Shown: positions 30,119-39,976 of the stretch, one piece after another
Layout: every line of letters begins with the position of its first letter
How positions within the stretch are numbered: position 1 is the first letter of the stretch
Origin: Chlamydiales bacterium
GTDB lineage: Bacteria; Chlamydiota; Chlamydiia; Chlamydiales; JBDQID01
Assembly: GCA_047611865.1 (NCBI GenBank)
Contig: JBLFWS010000001.1
Location: 1 to 64,000, forward strand
Length of the DNA: 64,000 nt
Direction of reading: 5' to 3'
Translations under genes and position numbers: made by a program
Notes under the pieces: model-generated
The model's database searches: none
Seen by the model: only the letters and a program-made list of their open reading frames with translations
What the model was told of the DNA's origin: nothing

Positions 30119-32549
30119 ACAACTCTCCCAAGTCTATTGATGATCTAAAACGGGCAAGAAATTCCGAACAAAGCCTCTTATAAGAAAACCTTTCTTGAAC
30201 TACAGCTCTTAGGTTATTTCCTATCTTTTCCCTTAAGTCGGGTCTGGAAAGATAGTATTTGCACTTATCCACAAGTTCTTCAGGAGAAGCAAAAAAATCA
30301 AAATGCTTTCCAGGCTTCAAGTCTTTTGAAATATTGCACCAGGATATCTTTTCAGGAACTCTGTAAACCAAGAAAAATGCTCCACAGATCCCCCCCTCCA
30401 ATATTCGAGGGTGGTGTTGGGCAAAGGGGTTTATCGATAAATTAATCTTGTTGTTCAAGAAACGCAATTGATAGCTTTCCCTACTCTCAACATGCCCCAA
30501 AGTAAACTTTTTGAGAGCAGGGAATTGCTCCCAATTTCTCCCAGTAAGTCCTAATTCAAAACCCTCTGTCTGTAAATGCTCCATATACATCAAGCTCATA
30601 CATGAGTGGTAATAGGAGTGAAGAGATTCTTTTTGCTTTCTCGTTTTCCCCCATGACATCACTTCCAATAAGTCTATAGCTCCCTTTTGACGAACCATTA
30701 AGGCAATTTTTTTCTCCAACTGCTCAGCCAACAGCTTGTCTTCTTCAGTTCTACAGTCGAAGATTTCTTTAAGGCACAGTCTTTCTGGCATCGTTTTGAC
30801 GTATCCGACATCAATCCGAGCTTCAGCCGCATACTCATCCAAGTCGAACGACGACATTTCTGTTGGGATATAGTCACAAATCAGTTGAGAGCTTAAAGCT
30901 CCCGCACTCAGATAAACTTCTTTAAATCTTGGCAAAATAAAAAAAAGTAAGTCTTTTTTTCTTAGAGGGAAGTGTCTCAAAAATTGTGTGCAATCCAAAT
31001 GAGGCTGTGTATCTTGCATAGAATATAAAATTGGGACCTCTGTAGAATTAAGGCCAATATTTTCATAACCCTCTATTATATTTGGACTCCTAACAACAAG
31101 GTCTGGAAGGAATGCTTCCATTTCCAACTCCATAGCATATGTATAATCTATACATCCGCCTTTACACGGATCATGGATAAATACTTCACAGCCTATCTCC
31201 CGAAAGCTCTTTGCACAATGATTCGAAAAGCGCTTTATCGCTATAGAAGAACAGGCTCTTTCAATATAAATTCTTGGAGAAGCTCCTTTCTTTATTTGAT
31301 TCAAACGCTCTTTAAATTCTCTACTCAAATAATAACGATTGAAAAATCCTCTAGACTTTTCCACCCTCAAAATATAGCTGCTACATGCCCTACTCAAAAG
31401 CTTCTGAATTCTTTTTGCAACGGGGTGCCCCTCAATAGAAATTATACTTTCACAATGCTGAAAAGGTGAGCGTATATTTACAAGTTCTTTTCCCAACTGC
31501 TCTTCCCAATCCATGATATGCCAAATCTTAAGAGATCCCTCTTTTAGAAGATGAACATATCTACTGTCAAAGAGGATCTCCCTCACAACTTCTACAGCAG
31601 AAAATATTATCAAAAGTGTTCTGGGATCTTTTCCAATAGTCCTTTGAAAAAAAAATTCCTCCAAAAAGTCTGACCCAGGAGTAAGATCCACAAAAACCGT
31701 TATAGGATAACAGCTTTTATCTACAGCTTGATTATAAACCAGTGCTGATCTCTCTAATAGCTCGCTTTGGAAAATCTTTTGACAAACTGTCTCACTAAGG
31801 TAGCTAGTGTTTTTAAGTAAAATCCTCAAACTCTCATATAGTTTTAGAACTGATTGTACTTTGCTATACTTTAATACATTTGGAATCCTTTTCTCAGGAA
31901 GCTTTCTGAAATCCGAATTCATTTTGATAGTAGTCACAGCCACATTGGAAACATGCAAACCCAGAAAACTCACCAAGTCATAAAGTCTTTCAGATATCTC
32001 TTCATATTCAACCTGGATGTAACACTCATCTCTCTCCTGGAAGCGATGGAAAAAACGATCATTCGCATACAATGCTTTCACGACCTCCCCACATTTCCCA
32101 GCAGGCATTACAACTTCACCCTGCGTCTGCTGCATTTGGGCATCTCTGATCCCCCGACTGAAGCAAGAAGCTCCTTCTGATAACGTGATTGAATAACCCT
32201 GATTTTGAATGATTGACCTGAGTATCTCTTTATAGGGTCTTTGGATGTGTATTATACGTACATCTTCTTCTACAGATTTATATATCTCTGCAAAATCATC
32301 CTCTTCATAAGCTTGAGGATCCAAAAGGAGCTTAGCACCCACTACATCTGCGTCTATTCGAGACTTTTCAAAATAACGATATAAACTAGAATCCCCATTC
32401 TTTATATTTTCACGATAAGCAAATTTAGGAGAATCCGAAAGCCATCGAAGTTCTAATGCACATTCAACACCGGGAACTCTCCCCAGTATTTCCTGTAACC
32501 AAGTTGCTCCACAACGCACATTCGAAACTATGAGAAACTTTGTATCCAA
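30111..32549 (-). CDS. sulfotransferase-glycosyltransferase fusion, paralog 1
   Basis: Same motifs (SNVRCGATWL, HIQRPYKEILRS, KINLSINPFAQHHPRILEGG); TTG start with AGGAG RBS. Confidence 0.75.
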   Translation of the reverse strand: MDTKFLIVSNVRCGATWLQEILGRVPGVECALELRWLSDSPKFAYRENIKNGDSSLYRYFEKSRIDADVVGAKLLLDPQAYEEDDFAEIYKSVEEDVRIIHIQRPYKEILRSIIQNQGYSITLSEGASCFSRGIRDAQMQQTQGEVVMPAGKCGEVVKALYANDRFFHRFQERDECYIQVEYEEISERLYDLVSFLGLHVSNVAVTTIKMNSDFRKLPEKRIPNVLKYSKVQSVLKLYESLRILLKNTSYLSETVCQKIFQSELLERSALVYNQAVDKSCYPITVFVDLTPGSDFLEEFFFQRTIGKDPRTLLIIFSAVEVVREILFDSRYVHLLKEGSLKIWHIMDWEEQLGKELVNIRSPFQHCESIISIEGHPVAKRIQKLLSRACSSYILRVEKSRGFFNRYYLSREFKERLNQIKKGASPRIYIERACSSIAIKRFSNHCAKSFREIGCEVFIHDPCKGGCIDYTYAMELEMEAFLPDLVVRSPNIIEGYENIGLNSTEVPILYSMQDTQPHLDCTQFLRHFPLRKKDLLFFILPRFKEVYLSAGALSSQLICDYIPTEMSSFDLDEYAAEARIDVGYVKTMPERLCLKEIFDCRTEEDKLLAEQLEKKIALMVRQKGAIDLLEVMSWGKTRKQKESLHSYYHSCMSLMYMEHLQTEGFELGLTGRNWEQFPALKKFTLGHVESRESYQLRFLNNKINLSINPFAQHHPRILEGGICGAFFLVYRVPEKISWCNISKDLKPGKHFDFFASPEELVDKCKYYLSRPDLREKIGNNLRAVVQERFSYKRLCSEFLARFRSSIDLGELCE

Positions 32550-32650
32550 TTGCGATATCTCCTATATCGTAGACTATCGCTCGGATGATGACAGATCCCC
32601 TTCTACAGGGTCAATTTATTTTTTCAAGAAACCTGGAGATAGAATTTAAA

Positions 32651-33715
32651 TTAACACATTTTGAGCATACATCTACCTGTAACTTCACCGGCTTTCATTT
32701 GACGAATAGCAAGATTGATATCGTTGAAATCAAAATGGTGAGTAATTAAGCCATCCAGTTGTAATTTCCCGGCATTAACAAGATTTATATAACGAGGTAT
32801 GTCTTTTTCTGGTTTTGCCTCTCCACCATGTGATCCAGAGAGTATTTTCCCAAAATGTACTGGAAGTGTGTAAAGAGAAGCTTTCTGACCATGCTTTGGT
32901 ACTCCCACAAGAATTGTACGACCTTGAGGTTTTGTCAACTCATATGCCATTTCAATCAAGTCCACATTACCTGTATTTTCTACTATAACATCCGCCCCAT
33001 CAGAACCGAGGATATTCATTATTTCCTTTTTGACATCGGTATTTTTGGCGTTCAATGTGTGTGTAGCTCCAAAACTTCTAGCTAATTCAAGTTTCTTATC
33101 ATACAGATCCACCGCAATAATTGGATGAGCTGAAACCATAGAGGCCCCTTGAATAACATTAAGACCGACACCTCCAGCCCCTAATGCAACAATGGATTCT
33201 CCGATTTTAACTTGCGCATCATTCGTAATAACTCCCAAGCCTGTTAACACTGCACAACCCAACAGAGCTGCATGTTGAGAGTCAAAATCCTTAGGTATAG
33301 AAGTAAGTCGATTTTCAGATATTACAGCGTACTCATTAAAAGAAGTGATGGCACCAGCATTTAAACATCTCCCCTTCCATTTATACTTAGGCATCTGCGC
33401 ATCAATCCCACTGCCTTTCTTCCAGTGTAAGACTACATGATCTCCCTTCATAACGGTTTGAACTCCAGGACCAATTTCAAGTACCTCTCCAGAACCTTCG
33501 TGCCCAAGAAGGTGAGGTAAGTATTTATCTTCTCCTTTTGCTCCGTCTATTTCCCCAATCTGCGATCCACAAATACTGCTATAAAGAACTTTGACCAATA
33601 CTTGCCCATAAGTTAATGTCGAAGGTAACTGAATAGTATCAACTACAAGATCCTGATGTAATTCTGCCAAAATAGCAGCTTTCATCTCTTTGATGATAAT
33701 TTGCTTATTTGACAT
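32651..33715 (-). CDS. zinc-dependent alcohol dehydrogenase (MDR family)
   Basis: SICGSQ, GHEGSG, LLGCAVLTG, GAGGVG; lacks the four-Cys structural Zn loop. Confidence 0.9.
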   Translation of the reverse strand: MSNKQIIIKEMKAAILAELHQDLVVDTIQLPSTLTYGQVLVKVLYSSICGSQIGEIDGAKGEDKYLPHLLGHEGSGEVLEIGPGVQTVMKGDHVVLHWKKGSGIDAQMPKYKWKGRCLNAGAITSFNEYAVISENRLTSIPKDFDSQHAALLGCAVLTGLGVITNDAQVKIGESIVALGAGGVGLNVIQGASMVSAHPIIAVDLYDKKLELARSFGATHTLNAKNTDVKKEIMNILGSDGADVIVENTGNVDLIEMAYELTKPQGRTILVGVPKHGQKASLYTLPVHFGKILSGSHGGEAKPEKDIPRYINLVNAGKLQLDGLITHHFDFNDINLAIRQMKAGEVTGRCMLKMC

Positions 33716-34775
33716 AACTGTCCTTACCTAGAATATTCAGATCGCTCTGAATGGCGTTAAAAAGAAGCCGGGACTTTGCTAACTGCTCCCTTTTCCGAAC
33801 CTTATCAGCCACTTTCCCTTGTGCAAAACGACGGCGGGATTCTCCTTCTGGGAGAAAATCATTTAGTACAATAGTGCACCACTTAAGCCTGTAAACAGGA
33901 AGTAAAAGCCTGGCTCTTTGAAGAAGCTTTTCTTTTGTATCAGGAAAGCAGTCTGCTATTGCAGTAGAGAACTTTTTATAATACTTTTCCGACACTGGAA
34001 CACTTACTTGACAGAAAAAATCACAAATCGTCTTTGCTGGGTCATCCCATCCCGCATATTCAAAATCAAAAAACTTTATCTCGTCATCTGCGGTTAAAAG
34101 AGCATTATGAAATCCAAAGTCCGAAGGCGAAAGGCACCATTCTGAAGTCTCCAATTTCCGGTCTAAGTCTATTTCACAAACCCCCGCAGCTTTTTGTACC
34201 CTTTGCTTAATGACCTCCCATAAATTAGGAATCTCCTTTCGCAAGTGAATAGATACCTCTGATTTCGAGTCACGCTCGTCCACACTTTGTAACCTTTCCA
34301 CACGCTTATCTACACAATGAAAATGCTCATTCATAGTAAAACATGCCTCTGCTGCCCTAGAGAGATGTTGCCCATTTTGAAAAACTCCACCAAAGTTGAG
34401 ATCTTTAAAAAACTTTATGGCTTCATCAATTGCATAATCATTTACTTGTTCTTCCTTAAAAGGACGACCATCCACAAACTCGTATATACAAATATCTCGC
34501 TTAGTATCTTGATCGATCGGTCGAGGAATACTCCGTATTCCTCGATCCCAAGCAAATTGAGCAAAAGAAAACTCTGAGAATTGCCGGTTTCGAGAATCAC
34601 TCGCATGTTTATAGAAGCGTTTGATAATTACATTATCTTCCTTACCCTCTACTTTAAACAGCTTGTTATTTTTCCCTCCATCGATACCAATCAATCGATA
34701 TTCATCCGATTGTGACCAACCTGCTCTCACAAGAAGGTCATCTACATCTTTCTGAAATGAGTTATGCTTTTTCAT
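33705..34775 (-). CDS. aminoglycoside phosphotransferase/choline kinase-like protein
   Basis: GGKNNKLF, IIKRF, SPSDFGFHNAL, FFDFEYAGWDDP; ATG at 34775 overlaps the upstream stop (ATGA). Confidence 0.8.
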   Translation of the reverse strand: MKKHNSFQKDVDDLLVRAGWSQSDEYRLIGIDGGKNNKLFKVEGKEDNVIIKRFYKHASDSRNRQFSEFSFAQFAWDRGIRSIPRPIDQDTKRDICIYEFVDGRPFKEEQVNDYAIDEAIKFFKDLNFGGVFQNGQHLSRAAEACFTMNEHFHCVDKRVERLQSVDERDSKSEVSIHLRKEIPNLWEVIKQRVQKAAGVCEIDLDRKLETSEWCLSPSDFGFHNALLTADDEIKFFDFEYAGWDDPAKTICDFFCQVSVPVSEKYYKKFSTAIADCFPDTKEKLLQRARLLLPVYRLKWCTIVLNDFLPEGESRRRFAQGKVADKVRKREQLAKSRLLFNAIQSDLNILGKDSYVK

Positions 34776-35389
34776 GTTTTTAATAGCCGAAAGAGGCTCT
34801 CCTGAATGTCTTGCCACGACGATAGTCGCTGGAACCTTTCGTCAGTAACCCTGGGATCTCCTGGGACAAAATTAATACGTTCCACGCCCTCTGGAAAACT
34901 CGGGTCACCTAAAAACTCGGGAAGATCGTCTATAAAATGAGTGCATTGTAAAGTCTTAATACGCTCTATTTTTTTTTCTTTCGTAAGTTCAAAATATACT
35001 TTATTTTGGGTAAGGCCAATACCTTTTGGATCATAAAATCCTTGTACTCCTAACCATTCTTCCGCTGCCTGATGAAGGTCATATTGTTTACCTAGATAAG
35101 GACGCTGGGTCCTGTGACTGACAATATATACCTCTATATCTCTGTTGTGGCATTCTCGGAAAAAATTTACAACCCCAGGAAAAGGCTTAGCTTCAACCAT
35201 CCTTTTACCATAAATATATCCTTGCATCTCTGTCCAAGTATCTTCTTTATTTCTTTCTCTTAAGAAATCTCGGACCTCTGATTTACAAGCTGGAAATGAT
35301 GGTGGAATTAGGTTTTGCTCCAATGCCACTGTGTGAAAAAGTTGATCGTAGCAGACAATCGTATTGTCGAAGTCGACACCAATTAACAT
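34772..35389 (-). CDS. HAD-superfamily phosphatase
   Basis: IGVDFDNTI motif I, IVSHRT motif II, HFIDD motif IV. Confidence 0.85.
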   Translation of the reverse strand: MLIGVDFDNTIVCYDQLFHTVALEQNLIPPSFPACKSEVRDFLRERNKEDTWTEMQGYIYGKRMVEAKPFPGVVNFFRECHNRDIEVYIVSHRTQRPYLGKQYDLHQAAEEWLGVQGFYDPKGIGLTQNKVYFELTKEKKIERIKTLQCTHFIDDLPEFLGDPSFPEGVERINFVPGDPRVTDERFQRLSSWQDIQESLFRLLKT

Positions 35390-36333
35390 GGTATGTGTTT
35401 CCTTGCGTTATCAATCTGATACAGGTTAAGTATTTTCTGTAAAATATCTTCAACAGAAAGAGAAAAGTACTTCCTGGCATAATTTTGTCCTCCCGCATGG
35501 TGACAAAATTCATCCCTTGTTCCCAGCCGGAGTAACCTCGCTTTTCTTACTGGTTGATCTACAAGCCATTCCGCTACTGCAGAACCAAAGCCTCCGATGA
35601 GACTATGTTCTTCTAGAGTCACAACCAGAGGGTATTGTTCAAAAACTTCCGTTAGAATCTCAATGTCAAGCGGCTTTACAGTGTGGCAACTTAAGACCCT
35701 CGTAGAAATCCCTCCCGCAGCCAGCCTATCTCCTACTTCGGCTGCTAAAGGTAAAATATTTCCTGTTGCTAGAAGACAGACGTCATCCCCCTCACGAATA
35801 CTTATCGCCTTTCCTAAAGTAAACTCTACATTCTGCTTATGAATAAGAGGCTCCCCTTTTTTCCCCAAGCGAATGTACACCGGCCCCTTTAACTTCAAAG
35901 CTTCTCTAAGAGAATGACGAACCTCTATTGCATCCCCAGGACAAATCACTGTCATATTTGGCAAAGCCCGCATTAGAGCAATATCTTCACAGGAATGATG
36001 TGTGGCTCCAAGCCCTGCATAAGACAATCCAGCTCCAACTCCAACAATGACTGCTGGCAAGTTATGATAACACAGATCTACACGAATCTGCTCAAGACAG
36101 CGAGTCGTAGCAAATGGCGTTATCGTATAGGTTATGGGGTGTAAGCCAGAAAGAGCCATTCCTGCAGCGACACCTGTCATATTAGCTTCCGCAACTCCAC
36201 AGTTGTAGAAGCGATTGGGGAATTTTTTTTTGTAGTCATCAAAAAGTCTGTTACCAATATCTCCAGACAATAAAACGACCTTATCATTTTCTGAAGCAAT
36301 TGCAGTAAGCTCTGAGGCAAATGAATTTCTCAT
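35383..36333 (-). CDS. transketolase-like, C-terminal (pyrimidine-binding) subunit
   Basis: RFYNCGVAEANM, EQIRVD, GATHHS.ED, PVYIRL, TLEEH..IGGFGS. Confidence 0.9.
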   Translation of the reverse strand: MRNSFASELTAIASENDKVVLLSGDIGNRLFDDYKKKFPNRFYNCGVAEANMTGVAAGMALSGLHPITYTITPFATTRCLEQIRVDLCYHNLPAVIVGVGAGLSYAGLGATHHSCEDIALMRALPNMTVICPGDAIEVRHSLREALKLKGPVYIRLGKKGEPLIHKQNVEFTLGKAISIREGDDVCLLATGNILPLAAEVGDRLAAGGISTRVLSCHTVKPLDIEILTEVFEQYPLVVTLEEHSLIGGFGSAVAEWLVDQPVRKARLLRLGTRDEFCHHAGGQNYARKYFSLSVEDILQKILNLYQIDNARKHIPC

Positions 36334-36335
36334 AT

Positions 36336-37178
36336 TTACACCAATCCCAGCTCTTTACGAGCAGCAATAATTTCATCCTCATTCGGAATACGATAGTGCC
36401 AATTATTATCGTCCTCCATAAAAGATACCCCTTTGCCTTTGATCGTGTGAGCTATTATAGCTGTCGGCTTCCCTTTCTCTATCGCATGAGGGTTTACAGC
36501 CTTAAGGATCTCTTCTATGCTATGCCCATCAACTTCCCTGGTACTCCAGCCAAATGCTTCCCATTTGTCCTTTAGAGGGTCCAATGCTAAAGTAGCATTA
36601 CTACGACCCGTTGCTTGCCATTTATTGTAGTCGACGATTGCAGTAATATTATCAAGATTATGTGCAGGAGCCATCATTGCAGCCTCCCAACTAGAGCCTT
36701 CGTTGCACTCACCATCGCTCATCACAACAAATACTTTAGTTTTTCTATTAAGAATTTTTGCAGCCATCGCTTTGCCGACACCAATAGACAATCCATGACC
36801 TAAGGAACCTGTTGCGGCCTCTATTCCTGGAACACAATAAGGCCCAGGATGCTCTGCAAGGGAACTTCCTGGTTTATTATACGTTGCGAGTATTTCTTCT
36901 GAAAAAAAGCCCCTTTCGCAAAGTGTCACGTATAATGCCAACGCTGCATGACCTTTGCTAAGGATGAGTCTGTCACGTTCAGGGGAATTTGGCTTCTTGG
37001 GGTCAATCTGAAGAACCCTCCAATACAAAGCTACAAGGATATCAATACATGATAACGAAGAACCCAGGTGGGGTGTTTTTGCCAAATGAGACATCTCAAT
37101 CGTCTTATACCTTACCTGTCTACAGATCTGATCAAGTTCCTTAATTCTTTCCTCTTTCATTGGTACCAAGCCCCACAT
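36336..37178 (-). CDS. transketolase-like, N-terminal (TPP-binding) subunit
   Basis: HLGSSLS, DRLILSKGHA, TGSLGHG, SDGECNEG..WEA, HTIKGKG. Confidence 0.9.
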   Translation of the reverse strand: MWGLVPMKEERIKELDQICRQVRYKTIEMSHLAKTPHLGSSLSCIDILVALYWRVLQIDPKKPNSPERDRLILSKGHAALALYVTLCERGFFSEEILATYNKPGSSLAEHPGPYCVPGIEAATGSLGHGLSIGVGKAMAAKILNRKTKVFVVMSDGECNEGSSWEAAMMAPAHNLDNITAIVDYNKWQATGRSNATLALDPLKDKWEAFGWSTREVDGHSIEEILKAVNPHAIEKGKPTAIIAHTIKGKGVSFMEDDNNWHYRIPNEDEIIAARKELGLV

Positions 37179-37193
37179 TTTCCCACATAGAAG

Positions 37194-37360
37194 TAGGTCG
37201 TGTATTAAAATTACGAAACACTGCTTTTGGAGCCTTTATCCACACTTTTGAATCGCACCCAACTCACCTACTTGTCTAAGTATGGAGAGTTGTGAGCGAT
37301 CCAAAATTATAAAAAAATGCCCTCAAAATCAGACATTCCCTAATTTTAATACACGACCTA
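37194..37360. mobile_element. 167-bp palindromic MITE-like element with TA ends
   Basis: Perfect 20-bp inverted ends TAGGTCGTGTATTAAAATTA / TAATTTTAATACACGACCTA; inner arms TTTTGAATCGCACCCAACTC / GAGTTGTGAGCGATCCAAAA. Confidence 0.8.
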
Positions 37361-37427
37361 GACCTTACATGCTATTGTCTAAATAGTTTTTTTTCAAGTC
37401 GGGGCTCTAGTTTTAAAATATCTAGAA

Positions 37428-38084
37428 TCACTCTGCGATAAACCATCCGTAGTCTCCGGTATAACCCACTACTCCAAAAAGCTTTTCCCAATCATCAACA
37501 TGTAATGCTGTTTCGGCTGTTAGCACCCACTTTCTCAGGTTTTCTTTCTCTTGATCATTTCTCCAAGCATCAACTGTAATATAACTTTTTCCACGTGAAA
37601 CGCGTTGAATTTCCTTCAAAGCATCCTTCAAAGGCTCAAGGTGCAGGTTATGAATTGTGGTCAAAGAAAGTACTAAATCAAAGCTATTATCCGCATACGG
37701 TAGTTTTTCTGCGCTGCACACTTCTAAGTGAGGCTTGACAGTTTCCATTGAACAATCAATGGCATATCGACTTACATCTATTCCTCTTACCGTACTTTTA
37801 GGCATACATTGTTTGAAGTCATGAAGAAGAAATCCTTTTGCACAACCGATATCGAGTATAGCCGCATCCTCGCTCAAGCCGTAATGCTCCTTCATCCGTT
37901 CAACCACCTGCACCCATCTGCCGTCGTAATGATAGCCTCCATAGCCATACAGACGGTCCCCATCAAAGAATTCTTTTCCGTATTGTTTTGCAACTTTGAT
38001 GACCTCATCCGTTTTTTCTCTTGCTCTTTTGTCATAGTCACGTTTTACAGCTGCTTGTTTATCAGCAAAATTTAATTCAGCCAT
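37428..38084 (-). CDS. class I SAM-dependent methyltransferase
   Basis: FFDGDRLYGYGGY, ILDIGCAKGFL, GIDVS, LPYADNSFDLV; start placed at ATG 38084 after GAGGAG. Confidence 0.85.
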   Translation of the reverse strand: MAELNFADKQAAVKRDYDKRAREKTDEVIKVAKQYGKEFFDGDRLYGYGGYHYDGRWVQVVERMKEHYGLSEDAAILDIGCAKGFLLHDFKQCMPKSTVRGIDVSRYAIDCSMETVKPHLEVCSAEKLPYADNSFDLVLSLTTIHNLHLEPLKDALKEIQRVSRGKSYITVDAWRNDQEKENLRKWVLTAETALHVDDWEKLFGVVGYTGDYGWFIAE

Positions 38085-38174
38085 CATCTCCTCATAATTT
38101 AATTTAGTATAGTCAACTATAAAAGCAGGTAAGATCGAACAAAGCTTCGATTTCTCCACTGAAAGACCAGAATC

Positions 38175-38384
38175 GGCGTTGTTGCATAACTTAATACGTT
38201 TACAATCATTTATTTAACCACCGAGAGCACAGAGAGATAGAAAAATGCATAAAGTCTCTCAGAATATGCTATCAACTCATCTGTGATTTTTTATTCTCTC
38301 TGTGCCCTCTGTGCCCTCTGTGGTATCGGTGGTAAAATGTTAATCATAAGCCTCTTGTATACGAATGTTTTATGCAACAACACC
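38175..38384. mobile_element. MITE copy 3 (210 bp), inverted near-copy of 14354-14563
   Basis: GGCGTTGTTGCATAA ... TTATGCAACAACACC; flanks ACCAGAATC / ACTAGAATC (9-bp TSD, 1 mismatch). Confidence 0.9.
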
Positions 38385-38391
38385 ACTAGAA

Positions 38392-39309
38392 TCAATAAAC
38401 TTTTTTATCTAATAGCGAAGAGCAGAATTCTATTAGCATGCGCTCAATGCCTGGAGTCGATTTTTCCCCTAGGGCTCCAAGCATTTTTATGTTGCACAAG
38501 TTCAGCTTCTTTTCCCTTGGAATAGGCTGGCTATCAATACTCCCCTTTTTAACAAGTGAGCTATCATAGCCAAAAATTTCCGCTACTTTCAAAGCAAATT
38601 GATACTTCGTGAGAATCTCGGATCCTACAACGTGATAGATTCCACCTGCATTCTTTTCTATAAGAGCCAAAACAATCCTTACGAGTTCTTTTACGTATAG
38701 AGGAGCAAATACAACATCGGCAAATGCCGAATATTCCCTTCCCTGCTGTAAACTCTCAGCAATATTTTCAGCAAAACTCTTTTTCTGACTAAACAGATAT
38801 TTACCAAATGTATTAAAGCGTACAATCAAAGCGTCAGGGAGCATTCCGCTACAGCATTGCTCCCCTTTTAATTTTGTTCTTCCATACTGATTCAATGGAA
38901 AAGGCTCTTCTTTTTCAAGATAGTCTCCTCTTTTCCCATCAAATACGGCATCTGTTGAAAGATAGACCATTTTAGCCTGACACTCTTTTGCCAAATCTAC
39001 TAAATTACGAGTTCCCTGAACATTCACTTTGTATGAAAGCTCTGGTTTGCTTTCACAAAAAGCAATGTTCGCAATCGCAGCACAGTGAATAATTAGTTTT
39101 GGCTCAAGAGTACTTAAGCTAAGTATCGCCTCTCGATCTGTAATATCAACTTGCTTTACAATACAGTTTTGAAAACGACAAGGATGTGAATTATATAGTC
39201 CATAAAGACCCGTTCTTCCTTGATTTTCCAAGGCATGAACAAGATGAGCGCCAACCAATCCACTTGCACCCGTTACAATAATATTTCCCTGAAAACTATC
39301 TCTTTCCAC
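38392..39309 (-). CDS. RmlD-like NDP-4-keto-sugar reductase
   Basis: VTGASGLVG, IIHCAA, YLSTDAVFDG, PLNQYGRTK..GE. Confidence 0.85.
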   Translation of the reverse strand: MERDSFQGNIIVTGASGLVGAHLVHALENQGRTGLYGLYNSHPCRFQNCIVKQVDITDREAILSLSTLEPKLIIHCAAIANIAFCESKPELSYKVNVQGTRNLVDLAKECQAKMVYLSTDAVFDGKRGDYLEKEEPFPLNQYGRTKLKGEQCCSGMLPDALIVRFNTFGKYLFSQKKSFAENIAESLQQGREYSAFADVVFAPLYVKELVRIVLALIEKNAGGIYHVVGSEILTKYQFALKVAEIFGYDSSLVKKGSIDSQPIPREKKLNLCNIKMLGALGEKSTPGIERMLIEFCSSLLDKKVY

Positions 39310-39964
39310 AAGCTAAAACCATTATGTAATGACACATTGGGTGAAAACCCGTGTGAACAACTTCATCATTCATTCCGAAGACAAATGCATTTTTAAAGTA
39401 TTTCAACAACAAGCTTTGCAACCGTTCTGCATCATATAGATTAATATGACCTCTTTTGCTCATTTCTGACGCATATTCCTGAGCTGTAATATTAGGCGTC
39501 CCTATCAGACAAAAACCGTCATCGTCGAGGTGGTCAACCATTGTTTGAACGAACATATCTTCTTCTTCTCTAGGAACATGTTCAATTACATCAAGGTTCA
39601 CTACAGCGTCGAATTTTCCTAAATTCATATCAAAAATATCACCATGGTGAAAGTTTAGATCGTATTTAGTTTTATTCTCGAGGTGCTCCTTCGCATAAGC
39701 AATTTGCTTCTCATCAAAATCAACACCTACAATTGAGTGTCCTTCTTCGGCTAGAATCAGAGCTCCTATTCCTTCTCCACATCCCATCTCCAATACTCTC
39801 GCCTTTTTTTTCGACTGAAGCATTTTAGATACAAATTTATAACGAGAAAAAACAAAGACCAAATGCCGAGGAGTTTCTAAAGCTTGATAGGCAAAACATG
39901 GTCCCAGCTCTAATTTTGGATCTCCAATATAGTCCACAACACTATCCCAATGCTTGTCACTCAT
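39296..39964 (-). CDS. class I SAM-dependent methyltransferase
   Basis: RYKF, VLEMGCGEG, GVDFD, DVIEHV, IGTPN. Confidence 0.85.
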   Translation of the reverse strand: MSDKHWDSVVDYIGDPKLELGPCFAYQALETPRHLVFVFSRYKFVSKMLQSKKKARVLEMGCGEGIGALILAEEGHSIVGVDFDEKQIAYAKEHLENKTKYDLNFHHGDIFDMNLGKFDAVVNLDVIEHVPREEEDMFVQTMVDHLDDDGFCLIGTPNITAQEYASEMSKRGHINLYDAERLQSLLLKYFKNAFVFGMNDEVVHTGFHPMCHYIMVLACGKR

Positions 39965-39976
39965 AATTTGTCTCCT

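Noticed and set aside
14354..38384. Repeated GGCGTTGTTGCATAA sequences as a CRISPR array
   Set aside because: Copies are inverted pairs kilobases apart with TSDs; there is no repeat-spacer periodicity and no cas gene
38283..38525. 80-aa ORF with LCALCALCG
   Set aside because: This is a translation of the MITE 9-mer repeats, antisense to the RmlD-like gene
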